Below, piece after piece: positions 61,982-64,000 of a stretch of DNA of 64,000 nucleotides. The position numbers and the translations under genes were made by a program. Under the pieces are notes generated by a model, which was not told where the DNA came from, made no database searches, and saw nothing but the letters and a program-made list of their open reading frames with translations. The stretch is from NCBI GenBank assembly GCA_977016875.1, contig CDRNST010000104.1:3286001-3350000 (forward strand), given 5' to 3'. Within the stretch, counting starts at the first letter, position 1. Every line of letters begins with the position of its first letter. The DNA is from Pavona decussata (taxonomy: Eukaryota).

Positions 61982-64000
61982 AAAGGCCTGAGAATGGTAC
62001 GTCCTGGTACAGCTTTATGACTAATACGGCTTTTAAAGCCTTCTAATTTACTTGGGGACGGGAGAAACGCGAAAAAGGGCGGGAGGCGGGAGGCAAAGGT
62101 ACGGGAGGCGGGAGGTTCCGACCCCCCTGTCCCCCCCCCCCTACAGTGACGGCAAAGGGTCGAAAAGAAATGTACCACAAAGTGTGATGCAAGTGCAAAG
62201 TTATTGTTTTGCTTACTACATCTGCTCTTTTTTTGATGTTCTCAACTTGCTTCCCCCCCCCCCTCCCAATCCCAGTTGTTTTAGCCTGACTACGGGCCTG
62301 TTAAAACAATTCTTCCCGTCCCCCACCCCTTCCCTAGTGCCTGCTGCCATATCTCAGTGACAATCTAACTAATTTGCATATTTGCTGTCACGCAACATTG
62401 TTAGACATGTCTGAATCTTTCCGATTTCTTCTCTTCCCGTCGATAATGGATAAAAGGAAGCGAGGGGAAAACAGAAATCTTTCTGATAAAGCAAGATAGG
62501 AGCATTATTGAAGGCCTTGAAGCTGCAATTGGCAGTTTGCCCGTCGCATCGGGTTGTTTGCACGGGCAGTTTGATTCCGCCAAACGATGTCGTGGTCGAA
62601 ATTAGCCAACTTTAACGACCTTTTGTGAAACTCTCAATGGAGAACCCAGCCTGATATTAAGGTATGAAGTACATCAAGGCAATTGTTACTGAAAGCCAAA
62701 GTGTGAGAATATTTCGAGTTATACCACATACTAAAATGTGTGCTTGACCTTTGGCACCACATTACAGAGTTCGCCAGCTGTAAAAATATGTCGCAGGTTT
62801 TAAATTGTTTAAATTTGCCAGATAACATTAGAACCACAAATTCATCGGTTATCATATCAGAAAGAGATTGTCTTTCGATATAAGGAATCCCGATTGTCGT
62901 ACGCTTCTTCTAAAACAAACGCCGAGACAATTAAAAGTGGTGATTTTCCGGTTTTAAATTCAATCAATTTTCAGGTCACAAGGCTTCGATCGATTTTCCT
63001 GATTTTCTCAAAACGCAAATGTTTCTGGCCAATTTAAGCCACACCATGATTCTTACTTTAGTAAAACCTTATTATGGACAAAAGATGAAAGAAATCGACT
63101 CTGCTAAGTTTCGCCAGAAAATTCAGATTTTGCTTGATTTTTCCTGACCGCCGCTCTTAAATAACTTATGAGATAAGGCAATTAAATAACCCTCAACGTA
63201 AAGATGGATCAATAAACATCAAGCTTTCGTTCTACTGTCTTTTGCCCATCCCACTTGAGCTTACTCAGTGATGCGATATCGGAATTCACACAGCATGGTT
63301 AAATGTGTAAGAAGAAAGGAAATGTTTAGTTTTTAATGATTAAACCACTTCAACTATTCACGAAAAAAGAGAATCATACTAGGTAGTTCATCTAGTTAAG
63401 AAGCTAGCTGGTCCATCGAGGATTACTATCGTTGTATTTTGTTACTTTTGCAGGTACCCTTTTATTAAAGGCATATAATTTGAGAGAAGCACCTCGACAC
63501 TTACTGCTTTCTTAAAGCAGACAAAAAGGAAGCAAAGTATATCAATCGAATGACGATTAGTCTTAAGAACACTGCATCTTCACACAGTATGGTAGTTTTC
63601 CTTCTCAATCCAATCAATTTTAACGAAAACAAACAACCAGAACAATTAATTTACAACCAATAACTTTTGAAATAGATATTAGCACAGGCTCCATAACCAA
63701 GAAAAAAATAACAATTGTAGTAAAACTATAGAATTTGAAATAATCATCTAATATTTCTTCTTATCTGACTGTTTTAGGACATATTTCAAGTTTAAATTAA
63801 TGACGAAGTGATAGTACACTTGACGTGTATGATGTCAGGCAGTTCTTTAAAGAAAGTACCTGATCTGAGGCAACAGCTGCAGTTCTCTACTTTTCTTAAT
63901 TAATATAGTATCCTCTTCCTTTGAGCAGAGAAACAGGATTGGAGGAATTCACCGACGTATCGAGAGGTCACCAGCTTTGGGTGCATTGACTCGAGAGCAA

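Larger units (their letters stand above)
53111..62141. mobile_element. G-rich TIR element (about 1.67 kb without the LTR insert) with decayed minus-strand coding remnants
   Basis: TACAGTG|TGGAGGGGGACAGGGGGG ... CCCCCCTGTCCCCCCCCCCC|TACAGTG (7-bp TSD). CGGGAG direct repeats lie near both ends. Confidence 0.75.
52839..62245. mobile_element. Common coral-type MITE split by nested insertions (52839-53110 + 62149-62245)
   Basis: TAGGGAGTTAAAGATAAGATGACGGTGATGGTAGCG..TTTTACGTAGTAGTCCGTACAGTG continues after the insert as ACGGCAAAG..AAATGTACCACAAAGTGTGATGCAAGTGCAAAGTTATTGTTTTGCT. Family recognised from memory. Confidence 0.6.

Noticed and set aside
63898-64000. Minus-strand frame ALESMHPKLVTSRYVGEFLQSCFSAQRKRILY* as a terminal exon
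   Set aside because: Too short and truncated by the window edge, with no supporting motif.

Overview
AT-rich, intron-containing animal genomic DNA. The repeat families look anthozoan, probably a stony coral; this is from recognition only. Left part (1-27 kb): a tandem, same-strand cluster of three genes for secreted proteins with signal peptide, polar propiece and an extremely Cys/His-rich core. Gene A is 6825-7952, gene B has 4 exons over 10878-15350, and gene C has at least 3 exons over 22908-26390. A divergent K/E-rich gene runs off the left edge, and the region holds many MITEs/SINEs and a degenerate hammerhead ribozyme. Middle (29.9-51.4 kb): a head-to-tail dimer of a 10,722-bp DNA transposon with 33-bp TIRs, a 4-bp CCCA TSD and a 2-bp CA spacer. 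It interrupts exon 1 of an older transposase gene. Each copy has about 8 hairpin repeats at each end, a possible transposase 3' remnant, a micro-exon gene, and a spliced, decayed gene joining a ParB-like segment to the C-terminus of a beta-class N4/N6 DNA methyltransferase fold. Right part: a young, intact BEL/Pao LTR retrotransposon (54627-61981) nested in a G-rich TIR element, itself nested in a MITE. Its primer-binding site is complementary to its own LTR rather than to a tRNA 3' end, suggesting Tf1-style self-priming. All gene models and family assignments were made by eye without database searches.
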